NCBI GenBank assembly: GCA_965209055.1
Contig: OZ242374.1
Location: 2,048,001-2,112,000, forward strand
Reading direction: 5' to 3'
DNA from: Acidobacteriota bacterium
GTDB taxonomy: Bacteria; Acidobacteriota; UBA6911; RPQK01; JAJDTT01
DNA: 64,000 nt
Positions 8,513 through 18,356 of the stretch are shown piece after piece (positions within the stretch are counted from its first letter, which is position 1; each line of letters opens with the position of its first letter). A model generated the notes under the pieces. The model saw only the letters and a program-made list of their open reading frames with translations, ran no database searches and had not been told where the DNA came from. The translations under genes and the position numbers were made by a program.

Positions 8513-10732
8513 GTGATCCTATTCGCAGTCGCCATCAGCCTGCTCGGCGCCCCCGAGGAACCCAGTCAGGACCGTATCAACTTCTTCGAGAAGAAGATCC
8601 GTCCGGTGCTGGCGGAGCGCTGCTACCAATGTCACTCGGCGGAGGCCGCCCGCAACGGAATGCTGTTTGGGAAACTGCGGCTCGACACGCGGGAGGGTGT
8701 CGAGCAGGGCGGATCGCGCGGCCCCGCCCTCGCGCCGGGGCGGCCCGATCAGTCGATTCTGATCGAGGCCCTCAGGCACACCGATCGCAGCCTGGCAATG
8801 CCGCCCGGCGGCAAACTGCCGGACTCGGTCATCGCTGACTTCGTCAAATGGGTGACCCTCGGCGCGCCCTATCCGGGAGATGCGCAAGCCGCCGATACGG
8901 AGAAGATGGATCTCGAGTCAGGTCGGCGCCACTGGGCCTTCCACCCCCTGCGTACAGTCGATCCGCCACAGGTCTCCCCAGCCAGTCCGGATGAGGTCGC
9001 GTGGACCGACTCGCCCATCGATCGTTTCCTTCTCGCCAGGCTGCACGAGATGCAGTTTCGCCCCGCCCAGGAGGCCGATCGGCCCACCCTGATTCGCCGC
9101 GCCTATTTCGACCTGATCGGTCTGGCGCCGGCGCCCGAAGAAGTCGAGGCGTTCGTTCGAGATCCTTCTGCGGAGCCCTTTCGCGAACTCGTTGACCGGC
9201 TGCTCGCCAACCCGCACTTCGGGGAACGGTGGGGACGGCACTGGTTGGATGTGGCTCGTTTTGGCGAGAGCAAGGGAGCCAATGAGGGGGACAACGCGAT
9301 TCGAGAGGACGCGTATCGATACCGCGACGCCGTGATTCGCGCCTTCAATGACGACCTGCCTTACGATGAGTTCGTCCGCTACCAGGTTGCCGGCGCTCCG
9401 GAAGGACTCGCCGCCGCCCGGCGGGACCTGGGCATGTTCGTTCAGATGGGAACCAACCTGAGCACGACCGAAAACCCCAATGAGCGCAAATTTCACCGCC
9501 TCGACGACATGGTGTCGGCGACCGGTCAAGCATTCCTTGCCCTGACGGTCGGGTGCGCCCGTTGCCATGACCACAAGATCGACCCCATCACCGCCGAAGA
9601 GTATTACCAGTTGACGGCCGTGTTCTTCGACCAGGCCGAGGAGGAGCCGGACTCAGGCGGCAAGTTCGTCGCCCTGGAGGTGACCTCACCTCATCTTCTG
9701 GCCGGCGGCAGTTGGGGGCGCCCCGTCAAGCCGGTCGAACCGGGGTTCCTTCGGGTCTTGATGCGGAATGGCCGTAGCGCGGAGGATTGGCGGCCCCGTC
9801 CCGAGGCCGCCGATGGCTCCGAGGCCGCCAATGGCTCCGAGACGAAGATTGAATCGCCGAAGCTTCGGATGCTTGCCAACTGGCTCACCGACGCGGAGCA
9901 CGGCGCCGGCGGGTTGCTGGCCCGGGTGATCGTCAATCGTCTCTGGCAGCATCATTTCGGACGCGGCATCGTCAGCACCCCGAATGATTTCGGCAAACTC
10001 GGCACCGAGCCCACGCACCCCGAACTGCTGGATTGGCTCGCTTCCGAACTCATCCGAGAGGGCTGGCGACTGAAGCCGATCCACCGGCTGATCATGAACA
10101 GCGCCGCGTATAAGCAGGCGGCCGGCGCCAATTCGGCTCAGGCCCAAAACGATGCGTACAACGAGTACCTGTGGCACCGCAGGCCGGTGCGCATGGAGGC
10201 GGAAATCATCCGCGATCACATGTTGAGCATCTCCGGAGCTCTTCGCACCGACCTGTACGGGCCCAGCATTCCCATCGGCAACCGCAAGAAGCCTTTCAAG
10301 GACACGCCGGACACCTGGCGCCGGTCCGTTTACCTCATGGCGGCGCGCTTGAACCTCCATCCGGTGCTGAAGATCTTCGACCCGCCGGACAACATGCAGA
10401 GCATCGGCCGTCGTGACATCAGCACGACCCCGAGCAGCACGGCGTTCATGCTGAATGCGCCGTTCGTTTGGGAGCAGGCGGAGCGCTTCGCGCAACGGGT
10501 GCGGGACAGGGTCGGAGACGACCCCGGCCGGCAGATCGAGGCGGCCTACGGAATCGCTCTTTCCCGGCGACCGACCGCGGAGGAACGCGAGATCGGCCTG
10601 TCGTTTCTCGGTCAACAGCGCGACGGCGCGTTGGAGGAAAGCGGGGACACCGGATCCTCGGATGCTCCAGGCCCATTGGTGCAGTACTGCCATTCGCTCA
10701 TGAACCTGAACGAGTTCATCTATGTTCACTGA
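8513..10732 (+). CDS. Planctomycete cytochrome c / DUF1549 / DUF1553 (PSD1) protein
   Basis: CYQCH and CARCH haem motifs, GERWGRHWLD, NRLWQHHFGRGIV, LNEFIYV. Confidence 0.92.
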   Translation: MILFAVAISLLGAPEEPSQDRINFFEKKIRPVLAERCYQCHSAEAARNGMLFGKLRLDTREGVEQGGSRGPALAPGRPDQSILIEALRHTDRSLAMPPGGKLPDSVIADFVKWVTLGAPYPGDAQAADTEKMDLESGRRHWAFHPLRTVDPPQVSPASPDEVAWTDSPIDRFLLARLHEMQFRPAQEADRPTLIRRAYFDLIGLAPAPEEVEAFVRDPSAEPFRELVDRLLANPHFGERWGRHWLDVARFGESKGANEGDNAIREDAYRYRDAVIRAFNDDLPYDEFVRYQVAGAPEGLAAARRDLGMFVQMGTNLSTTENPNERKFHRLDDMVSATGQAFLALTVGCARCHDHKIDPITAEEYYQLTAVFFDQAEEEPDSGGKFVALEVTSPHLLAGGSWGRPVKPVEPGFLRVLMRNGRSAEDWRPRPEAADGSEAANGSETKIESPKLRMLANWLTDAEHGAGGLLARVIVNRLWQHHFGRGIVSTPNDFGKLGTEPTHPELLDWLASELIREGWRLKPIHRLIMNSAAYKQAAGANSAQAQNDAYNEYLWHRRPVRMEAEIIRDHMLSISGALRTDLYGPSIPIGNRKKPFKDTPDTWRRSVYLMAARLNLHPVLKIFDPPDNMQSIGRRDISTTPSSTAFMLNAPFVWEQAERFAQRVRDRVGDDPGRQIEAAYGIALSRRPTAEEREIGLSFLGQQRDGALEESGDTGSSDAPGPLVQYCHSLMNLNEFIYVH

Positions 10733-12203
10733 CGCAGCCTGCGGAGTTCGGCCGCCTGGCCGGGACCGCCGCGGGTTCCTCAAGGAACTCGGCCTGGGCA
10801 GCATCGCGCTGGCCAGCCTGGTCGCGGATCAGAAGGCGAGCGGCGCGCCGGCCCTGCCGGCGGTTGATCTCAGCGATCCGCTTGCCCCCCGGCAGCCGCA
10901 CATCACTCCCAAGGCAAGGAACGTCATCTTCCTCTTCATGGTCGGCGGCGTGAGCCAGATTGAGACGTTCGATCACAAGCCGCTGCTGAAAAAGTACGCC
11001 GGAAAAGAGGCGCGAGAAATCTTTCCCAAGGAAGACCTGGACGGCCTGAATCCGTCGAAGACGTTCTACGACACACGCATCGTTCCTCCGGTGTTCTCGT
11101 TCAAGCGCTACGGCCAGAGCGGCGCATGGGTCAGCGAGATCTTCCCGCACCTGACGAAGGTGGTCGACGACATCACATTCATCAAATCGATGCATGCCGA
11201 TACCCCGATTCACGGGCCCGGCCAGATTCTCATGCACACGGGTTATTCCAGGCAGGGCCATCCCAGTCTCGGTTCCTGGGTGACCTACGGGCTGGGGACG
11301 GAAAACCGGAACATGCCGGGCTTCGTGGTGATGACGGACGGACGTTCCGACGGCGGGCGCGCACTTTACGATTCCGGGTTCCTCCCCGGTTACCACCAGG
11401 CCACGCTGGCGGACGTCACGCCCGGTAATCCGCCAGTACCGCACATCGAGGCGCCGGCGTTTCTGAACCCGGGGCAGCATCGCCAACAGTTGGGTCTGTT
11501 GCGGAAGTTGAATCGCCTCCACCTAGGGATGCATCCGACGCAGCCCGAGCTCGACGCGCGCATTGCTGCGTTCGAGACGGCATTTCGCATGCAGATGGAA
11601 GCGCCGGGGCTCTTCGATATCCGTAACGAGCCGGCGTCCGTGAAGGCGCTCTACGGCGACACCGACTTCGGGAGAAAGTGCCTGATGGCGAGACGGATGG
11701 TGGAGAGCGGCGTCCGCTTCGTGGAGATTCTCGACGGCGCCCACGGGCGGAAATGGGACGCCCACGGCAACCGCGGCGGGCTCATCAAGAACCACCGCAC
11801 CAACGCCGCGAGAACCGATCAGGGCATCACGGCCCTCATCATCGACCTGAAGTCACGCGGCCTGCTGGACGAGACCCTCGTCGTCTGGGCCACCGAGTTC
11901 GGCCGCACGCCGTTCGAGGAGGCGGACAGGTCGCTGACGAAGACCACCATCGGCCGCAGCCATCACCATTACGGCTTCACCATGTGGATGGCGGGCGGAG
12001 GCGTCAAACGGGGGATCACCTACGGCGCCACCGACGAACTGGGCATGCACGCCGTCAAGAACCGAGTCTCGCATCACGATTTTCACGCCACCATCCTCCA
12101 CCTCCTGGGTCTGGACCACGAACGGCTCACCTACCGCCACAACAGCCGCGATTTCCGCCTCACCGACGTCTACGGCAACGTCGTCCACGACATCATCGCC
12201 TGA
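10722..12203 (+). CDS. DUF1501 (sulfatase-like) protein, Tat motif
   Basis: RRGFLK, GGVSQIETFD, TEFGRTP, RLTDVYG; coupled to PSD1 gene. Confidence 0.92.
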   Translation: MFTDAACGVRPPGRDRRGFLKELGLGSIALASLVADQKASGAPALPAVDLSDPLAPRQPHITPKARNVIFLFMVGGVSQIETFDHKPLLKKYAGKEAREIFPKEDLDGLNPSKTFYDTRIVPPVFSFKRYGQSGAWVSEIFPHLTKVVDDITFIKSMHADTPIHGPGQILMHTGYSRQGHPSLGSWVTYGLGTENRNMPGFVVMTDGRSDGGRALYDSGFLPGYHQATLADVTPGNPPVPHIEAPAFLNPGQHRQQLGLLRKLNRLHLGMHPTQPELDARIAAFETAFRMQMEAPGLFDIRNEPASVKALYGDTDFGRKCLMARRMVESGVRFVEILDGAHGRKWDAHGNRGGLIKNHRTNAARTDQGITALIIDLKSRGLLDETLVVWATEFGRTPFEEADRSLTKTTIGRSHHHYGFTMWMAGGGVKRGITYGATDELGMHAVKNRVSHHDFHATILHLLGLDHERLTYRHNSRDFRLTDVYGNVVHDIIA

Positions 12204-12211
12204 TCAGCCGA

Positions 12212-12263
12212 GGAGGGGCGACTTTCCAATCGCCCTCTGGGAGCGGCGACCTTCTTGTCGCCG
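12212..12263. repeat. Two GGAG-type REP palindromes
   Basis: GGAGGGGCGACTTTCCAATCGCCCTC and GGAGCGGCGACCTTCTTGTCGCCG. Confidence 0.7.
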
Positions 12264-12404
12264 ACTTCCGTGCGCTGTCAGCCATACAAGAAGGGAACAC
12301 TCACCTCCTCTCTCTCGTAGGGTCCCTCAATTGTGCTAAAGCAATCAGATTGAACCAAAATAAAGCGATATGCTATATATATTGAGGTCGCGAGCAGGGC
12401 GAAT

Positions 12405-12665
12405 ATGTACCGGTTGACGATACGGAAGCACGCCTTCAAAACCCTGCGAAGAATGCGATCTCGGGATGCTCACCGCGTGCGGGTCGAATTGGACAAGCTA
12501 GTCCCCAATCCCAGTGCCCGGGACGTGGACGTCACACCGTTGCGGGGCCGTCCTGGCTTTCGGCTGCGGGTGGGCCCGTGGCGGATCATTTTTGAGCAGA
12601 ACGAAGAGGCCCGAGTCATAGACATCCTGCGCATCGGCCCACGGGGCGATATTTGCAAAAACTAG
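12405..12665 (+). CDS. RelE/ParE family toxin
   Basis: LRGRPGFRLRVGPWRIIF...IGPRGDI. Confidence 0.9.
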   Translation: MYRLTIRKHAFKTLRRMRSRDAHRVRVELDKLVPNPSARDVDVTPLRGRPGFRLRVGPWRIIFEQNEEARVIDILRIGPRGDICKN

Positions 12666-12674
12666 GAGGGGGCC

Positions 12675-13046
12675 ATGACCAAACCACAAGTTATCCTCGA
12701 CGATGGCGGGAACCCGGCATTCGCCGTGATCCCGTGGCGGGAGTACACTCGCTTGGCGATGTTGGATGTCGCCGCGGGGCTAACCGACGAAGAGCTTTAC
12801 GATCACGCCAAGTCTGTGGGGGGAGAGTCTTTTCCAATCGAGTTGGTGGATCGCCTTCTGGCGGGAGAGAACGCTGTCAGGGTATACCGGGACCATCGCG
12901 GCATGACTCAGAAGCAGCTCGCCGGTGCCGCTGGTATCAACCCCCTCTATCTGTCACAAATAGAGAGGGGCGTCCGCACCGGCTCGGCTCGAACCTTGGC
13001 CGCGCTCGCCGAGGCGCTCGGCGTCGACGTGGACGACCTGATCTGA
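12675..13046 (+). CDS. XRE-HTH antitoxin
   Basis: GNPAFAVIP N-terminus, RGMTQKQLA...YLSQIERG HTH; GGAGG RBS. Confidence 0.9.
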   Translation: MTKPQVILDDGGNPAFAVIPWREYTRLAMLDVAAGLTDEELYDHAKSVGGESFPIELVDRLLAGENAVRVYRDHRGMTQKQLAGAAGINPLYLSQIERGVRTGSARTLAALAEALGVDVDDLI

Positions 13047-13181
13047 TTCACATGGAGATTTATCAGGAGAAGGGGACAGCCACCCCCTCTCTGCGAGCCG
13101 TATACACCACTGCCCCACCTTCTCGAGCCTGCGCGGCATCATGCAAGCGGCGGCTTTAGGGAACGGTCACGTTCTCGTTCT

Positions 13182-13481
13182 GAGCTCGGCCGAACGGCAA
13201 TGGAGGAGGCGCGTACGGAGGAATCCCTCGGCCGCGGCCATCACCACTATGGCTTCACCATGTGGATGGCGGGCGGCGGCGTCAAGGCAGGGATCACCTA
13301 CGGTGCCACCGACGAACTCGGCATGCACGCCATCAAAAACCGAGTCTCGCATCACGATTTTCACGTCACCATCCTCCGCCTCCTGAGCCTGGACCACGAA
13401 CGGCTCACCTACCGCCACAACAGCCGCGACTTCCGCCTGACCGATGTCTACGGCAACGTCGTCCACGACATCATTGCGTGA
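13182..13481 (+). pseudogene. 3' fragment of a DUF1501 gene
   Basis: Near-identical to the ends of 10722-12203 and 14365-15837; also copies the downstream TGATC..CCGAGGAGGGGCGA. Confidence 0.9.
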
Positions 13482-13586
13482 TCGACCGAGGAGGGGCGAT
13501 TGCTAAAGTCTACACATCCTGGCCTTGATTGCAATGCAATCACGGTGTAGCTTAAAGGCGGGAACGGAAGCAGTGGAGGCGTAGCG

Positions 13587-13832
13587 ATGGCGAGCATTAC
13601 GATCCGCAAACTTGATGACGAGGTTAAAACACGGCTGCGCATCAGGGCGGCCGAGAACGGGCGTTCAATGGAGGAAGAAGCACGGATCATTCTGCGTGAG
13701 GCGGTTGATTTGGAGGCAGCCCCGAAGAAGGGGCTGGGCGCGGCGATCCACGAACTGTTCAGGCCCTTTGGCGGTGTGGAACTGGATATACCGCCGCGCG
13801 AACCGATGCGTGAGCCACCTGGATTCCATTGA
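13587..13832 (+). CDS. FitA-like RHH antitoxin
   Basis: MASITIRKLDDEVKTRLRIRAAENGRSMEEEAR. Confidence 0.92.
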   Translation: MASITIRKLDDEVKTRLRIRAAENGRSMEEEARIILREAVDLEAAPKKGLGAAIHELFRPFGGVELDIPPREPMREPPGFH

Positions 13833-13843
13833 GAGGGCGGCTG

Positions 13844-14266
13844 ATGATTGTTCTGGACACCGATGTCGTCTCGGAGTTGATGCGTGACAATCCGTGGCCC
13901 GCTGTTTTCGCTTGGGTGAACGACCAGTTGGTGCGCAATCTGTTCGTGACGGCGGTGACCGAAGCGGAGATCCGCGCTGGCATCGCTTTTCTGCCCGAAG
14001 GCAAGCGGCGCCGGGGTCTCGCCAATGCGGCCGAACGCGCCTTTAGCGAGTTGTTTTCTGGTCGCGTGCTGCCTTTCGACGGCGTGGCGGCTCGCTCCTA
14101 TGCGGAGATCGCTGCGCAGCGGCGCAAGGCGGGCCGACCGATTGCACAGGCCGATTGCCAAATCGCTGCCATCGCCCATTCTCGGGGCGCGGAGGTGGCG
14201 ACAAGAAATGTTCGGGATTTCATGGGGACAGGGATCGATATCATCGACCCCTGGGTGGGCAGATGA
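13844..14266 (+). CDS. vapC: VapC/FitB PIN toxin
   Basis: MIVLDTDVVSEL, DCQIAAIA, ATRNVRDF, DPW. Confidence 0.92.
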   Translation: MIVLDTDVVSELMRDNPWPAVFAWVNDQLVRNLFVTAVTEAEIRAGIAFLPEGKRRRGLANAAERAFSELFSGRVLPFDGVAARSYAEIAAQRRKAGRPIAQADCQIAAIAHSRGAEVATRNVRDFMGTGIDIIDPWVGR

Positions 14267-14318
14267 GTTTTTCCGTGATGCAAGGGCTCACTCTTCGGGG
14301 GACAGTCATCTCCTCTCT

Positions 14319-14375
14319 CCTGTACAATACCGTCACACCTTCACGAGCCTGAGCAGGTTCATCCATGTTGACTGA
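14319..14375 (+). pseudogene. Degenerate 3' remnant of a PSD1 gene
   Basis: PVQYRHTFTSLSRFIHVD* parallels LVQYCHSLMNLNEFIYVH* at 10676-10732, with the same overlap onto the DUF1501 start. Confidence 0.75.
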
Positions 14376-15837
14376 CGCAAGCTTTGGAACTCGACCGGTC
14401 GGTTGGGACCGCCGCGGATTCCTCAAGGAACTCGGCTTGGGCGGCATCGCGCTGGCCAGCCTGCTCACGGACCGGACGGCGAGCGGTGGGCCGGCCGTAC
14501 CCCCGGGTGACCTCAGCGAGCCGCTTGCGCCCAAGCAACCACACTTCGCCCCCAAGGCGAAGAACGTCATCCTCCTGTTCATGGTCGGCGGCGCGAGCCA
14601 GCTTGAGACCTTCGATCACAAGCCGCTTCTGAACAAGTACGCCGGAAAACTGGCCCGGGAAATCTTCTCCAAGGAAGACCTGGAGGGCCTGAACCCGGAG
14701 AAGGACTACACCAACACCCGCATCGTTCCGCCGGTGTTCTCGTTCAAGCGCTATGGCCAGAGCGGAGCTTGGGTCAGCGAGATCTTCCCGAACCTGACGA
14801 AGGTGGTCGACGACATCGCGTTCATCAACTCGATGCACACCGATTCGGCGATCCATTCCACCGGCCAGATCCTCATGCACACGGGCTATTCCGTACAGGG
14901 CCACCCCAGTCTCGGCTCTTGGGTGACCTACGGGCTGGGGTCGGAGAACCGGAACATGCCGGGATTCGTGGTGATGAAGGACGGCCTTCCGTCCGGCGGG
15001 CGTGCGCTTTACGATGCTGGATTCCTTCCGGGGATCCACCAGGCCACGCTGGCGGACGTCGAGCCTGGAAAGCCGCCCGTGCCGCACATCACGGCGCCGG
15101 AATTCTTGAGCCGAGGCCAGCAGAGCAAGCAATTGGATCTGGTGCGGAAGTTGAATCGCCTCCACCGCGGCATGCACGCCACTCAGCCCGAGCTCGACGC
15201 GCGCATCGCGGCATTCGAGACGGCATTCCGCATGCAGATGGAAGCGCCGCAGCTCTTCGATATCCGGAACGAACCGGAGTCGGTGAAGGCGCTCTACGGC
15301 GACACCGACTTCGGGAGGAAATGCCTCACGGCGAGACGGATGGTGGAGAGCGGCGTCCGTTTCGTGGAGATTCTCGACGGCGCCCAAAGGCGATGGTGGG
15401 ACGCGCACGGCAACCGCGGCGGACTCATCAACAACCATCGCAAAAACGCGGCCCGCACCGATCAAGGCATCACGGCCCTCATCATGGACCTGAAGTCACG
15501 CGGTATGCTGGACGAGACTCTCGTTGTCTGGGCCACCGAGTTCGGCCGTACCCCGATGGAGGAGGCGCGTACGGAGGAGTCCCTCGGCCGCGGCCATCAC
15601 CACTACGGCTTCTCCATGTGGATGGCGGGGGGAGGGGTCAAGCCGGGGATCACCCACGGCGCCACCGACGATCTCGGCATGCACGCCATCAAGGACCGCG
15701 TCTCCCACCACGATCTCCACGCCACCATCCTCCACCTGCTAGGCCTGGATCACGAGCGGCTCACTTTCCGCCACAATAGCCGCGACTTCCGTTTGACAGA
15801 TGTCTACGGCAACGTCGTGCATGAGCTGATTGCCTGA
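14365..15837 (+). CDS. DUF1501 protein, paralog of 10722-12203
   Basis: High similarity to the first copy; RRGFLK, TEFGRTP. Confidence 0.92.
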   Translation: MLTDASFGTRPVGWDRRGFLKELGLGGIALASLLTDRTASGGPAVPPGDLSEPLAPKQPHFAPKAKNVILLFMVGGASQLETFDHKPLLNKYAGKLAREIFSKEDLEGLNPEKDYTNTRIVPPVFSFKRYGQSGAWVSEIFPNLTKVVDDIAFINSMHTDSAIHSTGQILMHTGYSVQGHPSLGSWVTYGLGSENRNMPGFVVMKDGLPSGGRALYDAGFLPGIHQATLADVEPGKPPVPHITAPEFLSRGQQSKQLDLVRKLNRLHRGMHATQPELDARIAAFETAFRMQMEAPQLFDIRNEPESVKALYGDTDFGRKCLTARRMVESGVRFVEILDGAQRRWWDAHGNRGGLINNHRKNAARTDQGITALIMDLKSRGMLDETLVVWATEFGRTPMEEARTEESLGRGHHHYGFSMWMAGGGVKPGITHGATDDLGMHAIKDRVSHHDLHATILHLLGLDHERLTFRHNSRDFRLTDVYGNVVHELIA

Positions 15838-15868
15838 TAGCGCGAGAGAAGGGGACGGTTACCTTTCT

Positions 15869-16867
15869 CTACTCAACTGGCACCCACTCCAAATCTGCGC
15901 CGTGAGGGTGCGCGAATCCGAGGATATTCGCGGTCTGCATCCCCTCGTGGGCGATGGACCGTCCCAGTAAGAATTGAAGCGGTGCCGGAGGCGGCGCAAA
16001 TGATGAGATATGTGGAGATCCCCAGGCACCTTCGTTCGATATCCAGACAATGTCCCGGTGTCGCGAGAATTCTGTGATGATCCGGGCAAAGGATTGGCGC
16101 CGCTCAGGGCCCACGTACGGAAACAGCGCGGAATGGAATACGACCAGCGTCGCGCCGGGCGGCGCCTCATCCAGGACCTTCGGCAAATCATCAACCAGAT
16201 CACCGTGACGAACAGATAGCGACTGTTGCCTTCCCACTTCAATTGCCGCCGCCAATCGTTCGCGCCGGTCGGGGTGGTCGGGCCAGACGCAAGCCAGCAG
16301 CCAACGGACGTCGGAAGGATCATCAAGATCGACTGGGGCCGTGTCGAGTCCACAACGCCACACAATCTGCGGAATCATGATTCGGGGGCGCAAGTACCCG
16401 CGCAAACGACAACGTAGTCGGACTGGGGACTCGCTGTCACCAATCTGAAGCGATCCGTAGTCGTATCTGTACTTGTCCAACATCAGGCACAATCCGGCGC
16501 TTGCGCCCACCTCGACCAGTGCCAGAGGTCCTGCGGGCATTGCCGGCAGCAATACGGCGCAGCGGCCGACCTCATTCGTCTGCGTTCGGCGCAATCTCAT
16601 CAGTTGAGCGACTTCGCCTTCATGCTCCCTGACGAAGCTGCTCAGTTCAGAACCGCTCATCGGCATTTCTTCCGGACCGGTCAGGAATTGCACCGACGCG
16701 AAGAACAGGTTGGGCTGCTGGTCTGGCATCAGGGAGATGAACTTGGGCAGGTAATCGTCTTGTGCGACAGCGTGGGAAAGCCGGAAGTAGGCGGCAGAAT
16801 ACCCAGCGCACTCGTCCTCCGCAAACCGTCGAAATCGCAGTCGAACGTGCTCAGTGGTGTCGCTCAT
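15869..16867 (-). CDS. DUF2332 family protein
   Basis: TQTNEVGRCA, LVEVGASAGLCL, WLLACVWP, SNEG. Confidence 0.85.
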   Translation of the reverse strand: MSDTTEHVRLRFRRFAEDECAGYSAAYFRLSHAVAQDDYLPKFISLMPDQQPNLFFASVQFLTGPEEMPMSGSELSSFVREHEGEVAQLMRLRRTQTNEVGRCAVLLPAMPAGPLALVEVGASAGLCLMLDKYRYDYGSLQIGDSESPVRLRCRLRGYLRPRIMIPQIVWRCGLDTAPVDLDDPSDVRWLLACVWPDHPDRRERLAAAIEVGRQQSLSVRHGDLVDDLPKVLDEAPPGATLVVFHSALFPYVGPERRQSFARIITEFSRHRDIVWISNEGAWGSPHISSFAPPPAPLQFLLGRSIAHEGMQTANILGFAHPHGADLEWVPVE

Positions 16868-16957
16868 CTGAGTTCAGTTGGGAAAAGAGCAAGAACAGGG
16901 GGCAGTCGCCAAGATGGGTGGAGGCGCCTACAGTTCGCGCCGAAAAATGGCAGTTGT

Positions 16958-17263
16958 TCAGGCGGGTACATAGCGCTGGACGGTGATCTCGCTTGCACGG
17001 GCACGCATCTGCGAGGCGTCGTACCAGGCCTGTATCCGCAGCAGCATATCCATGCTCACGTCAAACGCCTTTTCGATTCGCAAGGCCATCTCCGGCGATA
17101 ACGCAGCCTTGCCGTTGAGCAAATCCGAAAGCGTCGCCCGGCGAACTCCCAGGATCTGGGCCGCCTTCGTCACAGTCAGACCCAACTCCTCGATGACCTC
17201 TGTACGGATGAAGTCGCCCGGATGGGAAGGGGTCATGTTCACTTTGATTCCATGGGTCGCCAT
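16958..17263 (-). CDS. higA: HigA family antitoxin
   Basis: PSHPGDFI...ALSPEMALRIEKAF...QAWYD. Confidence 0.92.
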   Translation of the reverse strand: MATHGIKVNMTPSHPGDFIRTEVIEELGLTVTKAAQILGVRRATLSDLLNGKAALSPEMALRIEKAFDVSMDMLLRIQAWYDASQMRARASEITVQRYVPA

Positions 17264-17555
17264 CAGTGGTAATCCTCCAAGTTCAAGCGGTCAATGTAGC
17301 CGTCCTCTTCCTCAAATGTGATCCGCCAATTTGCGGAAACCGAAATGCTCCATTCATCCCGTCGGTTACCTGAGAGCCGGTGGACACGCCAGCCGGGCGG
17401 GGGGAGCCGGCAATAAGCCCGTCGATGTGTTCGGCCAGGATCAGTACCGTCAAAATCTTGCGCACGCGATCAACCAGATTCTGCCGCAGGAACCGAGGAT
17501 TGTTCTGTTCGATCAGCCGACGCAATCCTCGGTGCCGGACAGAGCGAATGTCAAT
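17263..17555 (-). pseudogene. higB: HigB toxin, frameshifted, ATT at the start position
   Basis: DIRSVRHRGL in one frame; PGWRVHRLSG...SVSANWRITF...EDYH* in another; shift near the G6 run at 17399-17404. Confidence 0.85.
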
Positions 17556-17842
17556 GTCGAAATTGTACGGTGATACCGTTCGATTCGGCAAGTCCTTTAT
17601 CGGCGAAGACACTGCTGAGACTCTCGCTTACACGTTGTTCAAAGCTCCAGCAGTTGTCTTCGCCACGCCATGCCCGCCACGCCAGCAGGGAACTGTCACC
17701 TTCACCACTCTTCGCCCCGGCGAACCATGCTTTGTCGTCCAGACGGATTTTGTGGGTTCACAAAATCGCGGTTCGCGGGTCATATAGGGAAAAGGGCGGG
17801 CGAGCGCGATCCGGTTCGACGTACTTCCGGCGGCAAAACCAT

Positions 17843-18343
17843 ATGAGGTTATTCACGAAGAAACCGGCCGATATCAGCGCCAAGGCCGTAGACGATTACG
17901 GACGGCTGGTCCTCAAGGTCGCCTACAGGATCGTCCCCAACGCCGATCAGGCTCAGGAGATCTTCCAGGAGACCTTCCTCCGCTTCCACGCCGCTTGCAC
18001 CCGCGGCGAGGTGATCGCCTATCCCAAGGCGTGGCTCTGTCGAGTGGCGACCAACGTTGCCTTCAACGCGCGGCGCCGGCAGCGGGCGATGTTGGGAATA
18101 GAAGAGGACACCGCGGTGGACTCCAACGCCGACAGAGACGTGGAGCGTCGCGTGCTCTTGGACCGGGTGCGCGACTTGGCATCGGACTTGCCCGATCGCC
18201 AGCGCACCGTCTTCGCCCTGCGCAACTTCGAGGGATGTACCTACGCCGAAATTGCGGCGCAACTGGGGTGCAGCGTGGGTGCGGCAAGGTCCAGCGAGTA
18301 CAAGGCACTGAGAAAAATCCGAGCTTCGATGAACACCGGCTGA
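17843..18343 (+). CDS. ECF RNA polymerase sigma factor
   Basis: AQEIFQETFLR, WLCRVATN, LPDRQRTVFALR, YAEIA. Confidence 0.92.
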   Translation: MRLFTKKPADISAKAVDDYGRLVLKVAYRIVPNADQAQEIFQETFLRFHAACTRGEVIAYPKAWLCRVATNVAFNARRRQRAMLGIEEDTAVDSNADRDVERRVLLDRVRDLASDLPDRQRTVFALRNFEGCTYAEIAAQLGCSVGAARSSEYKALRKIRASMNTG

Positions 18344-18356
18344 GAGGAACAGGACG

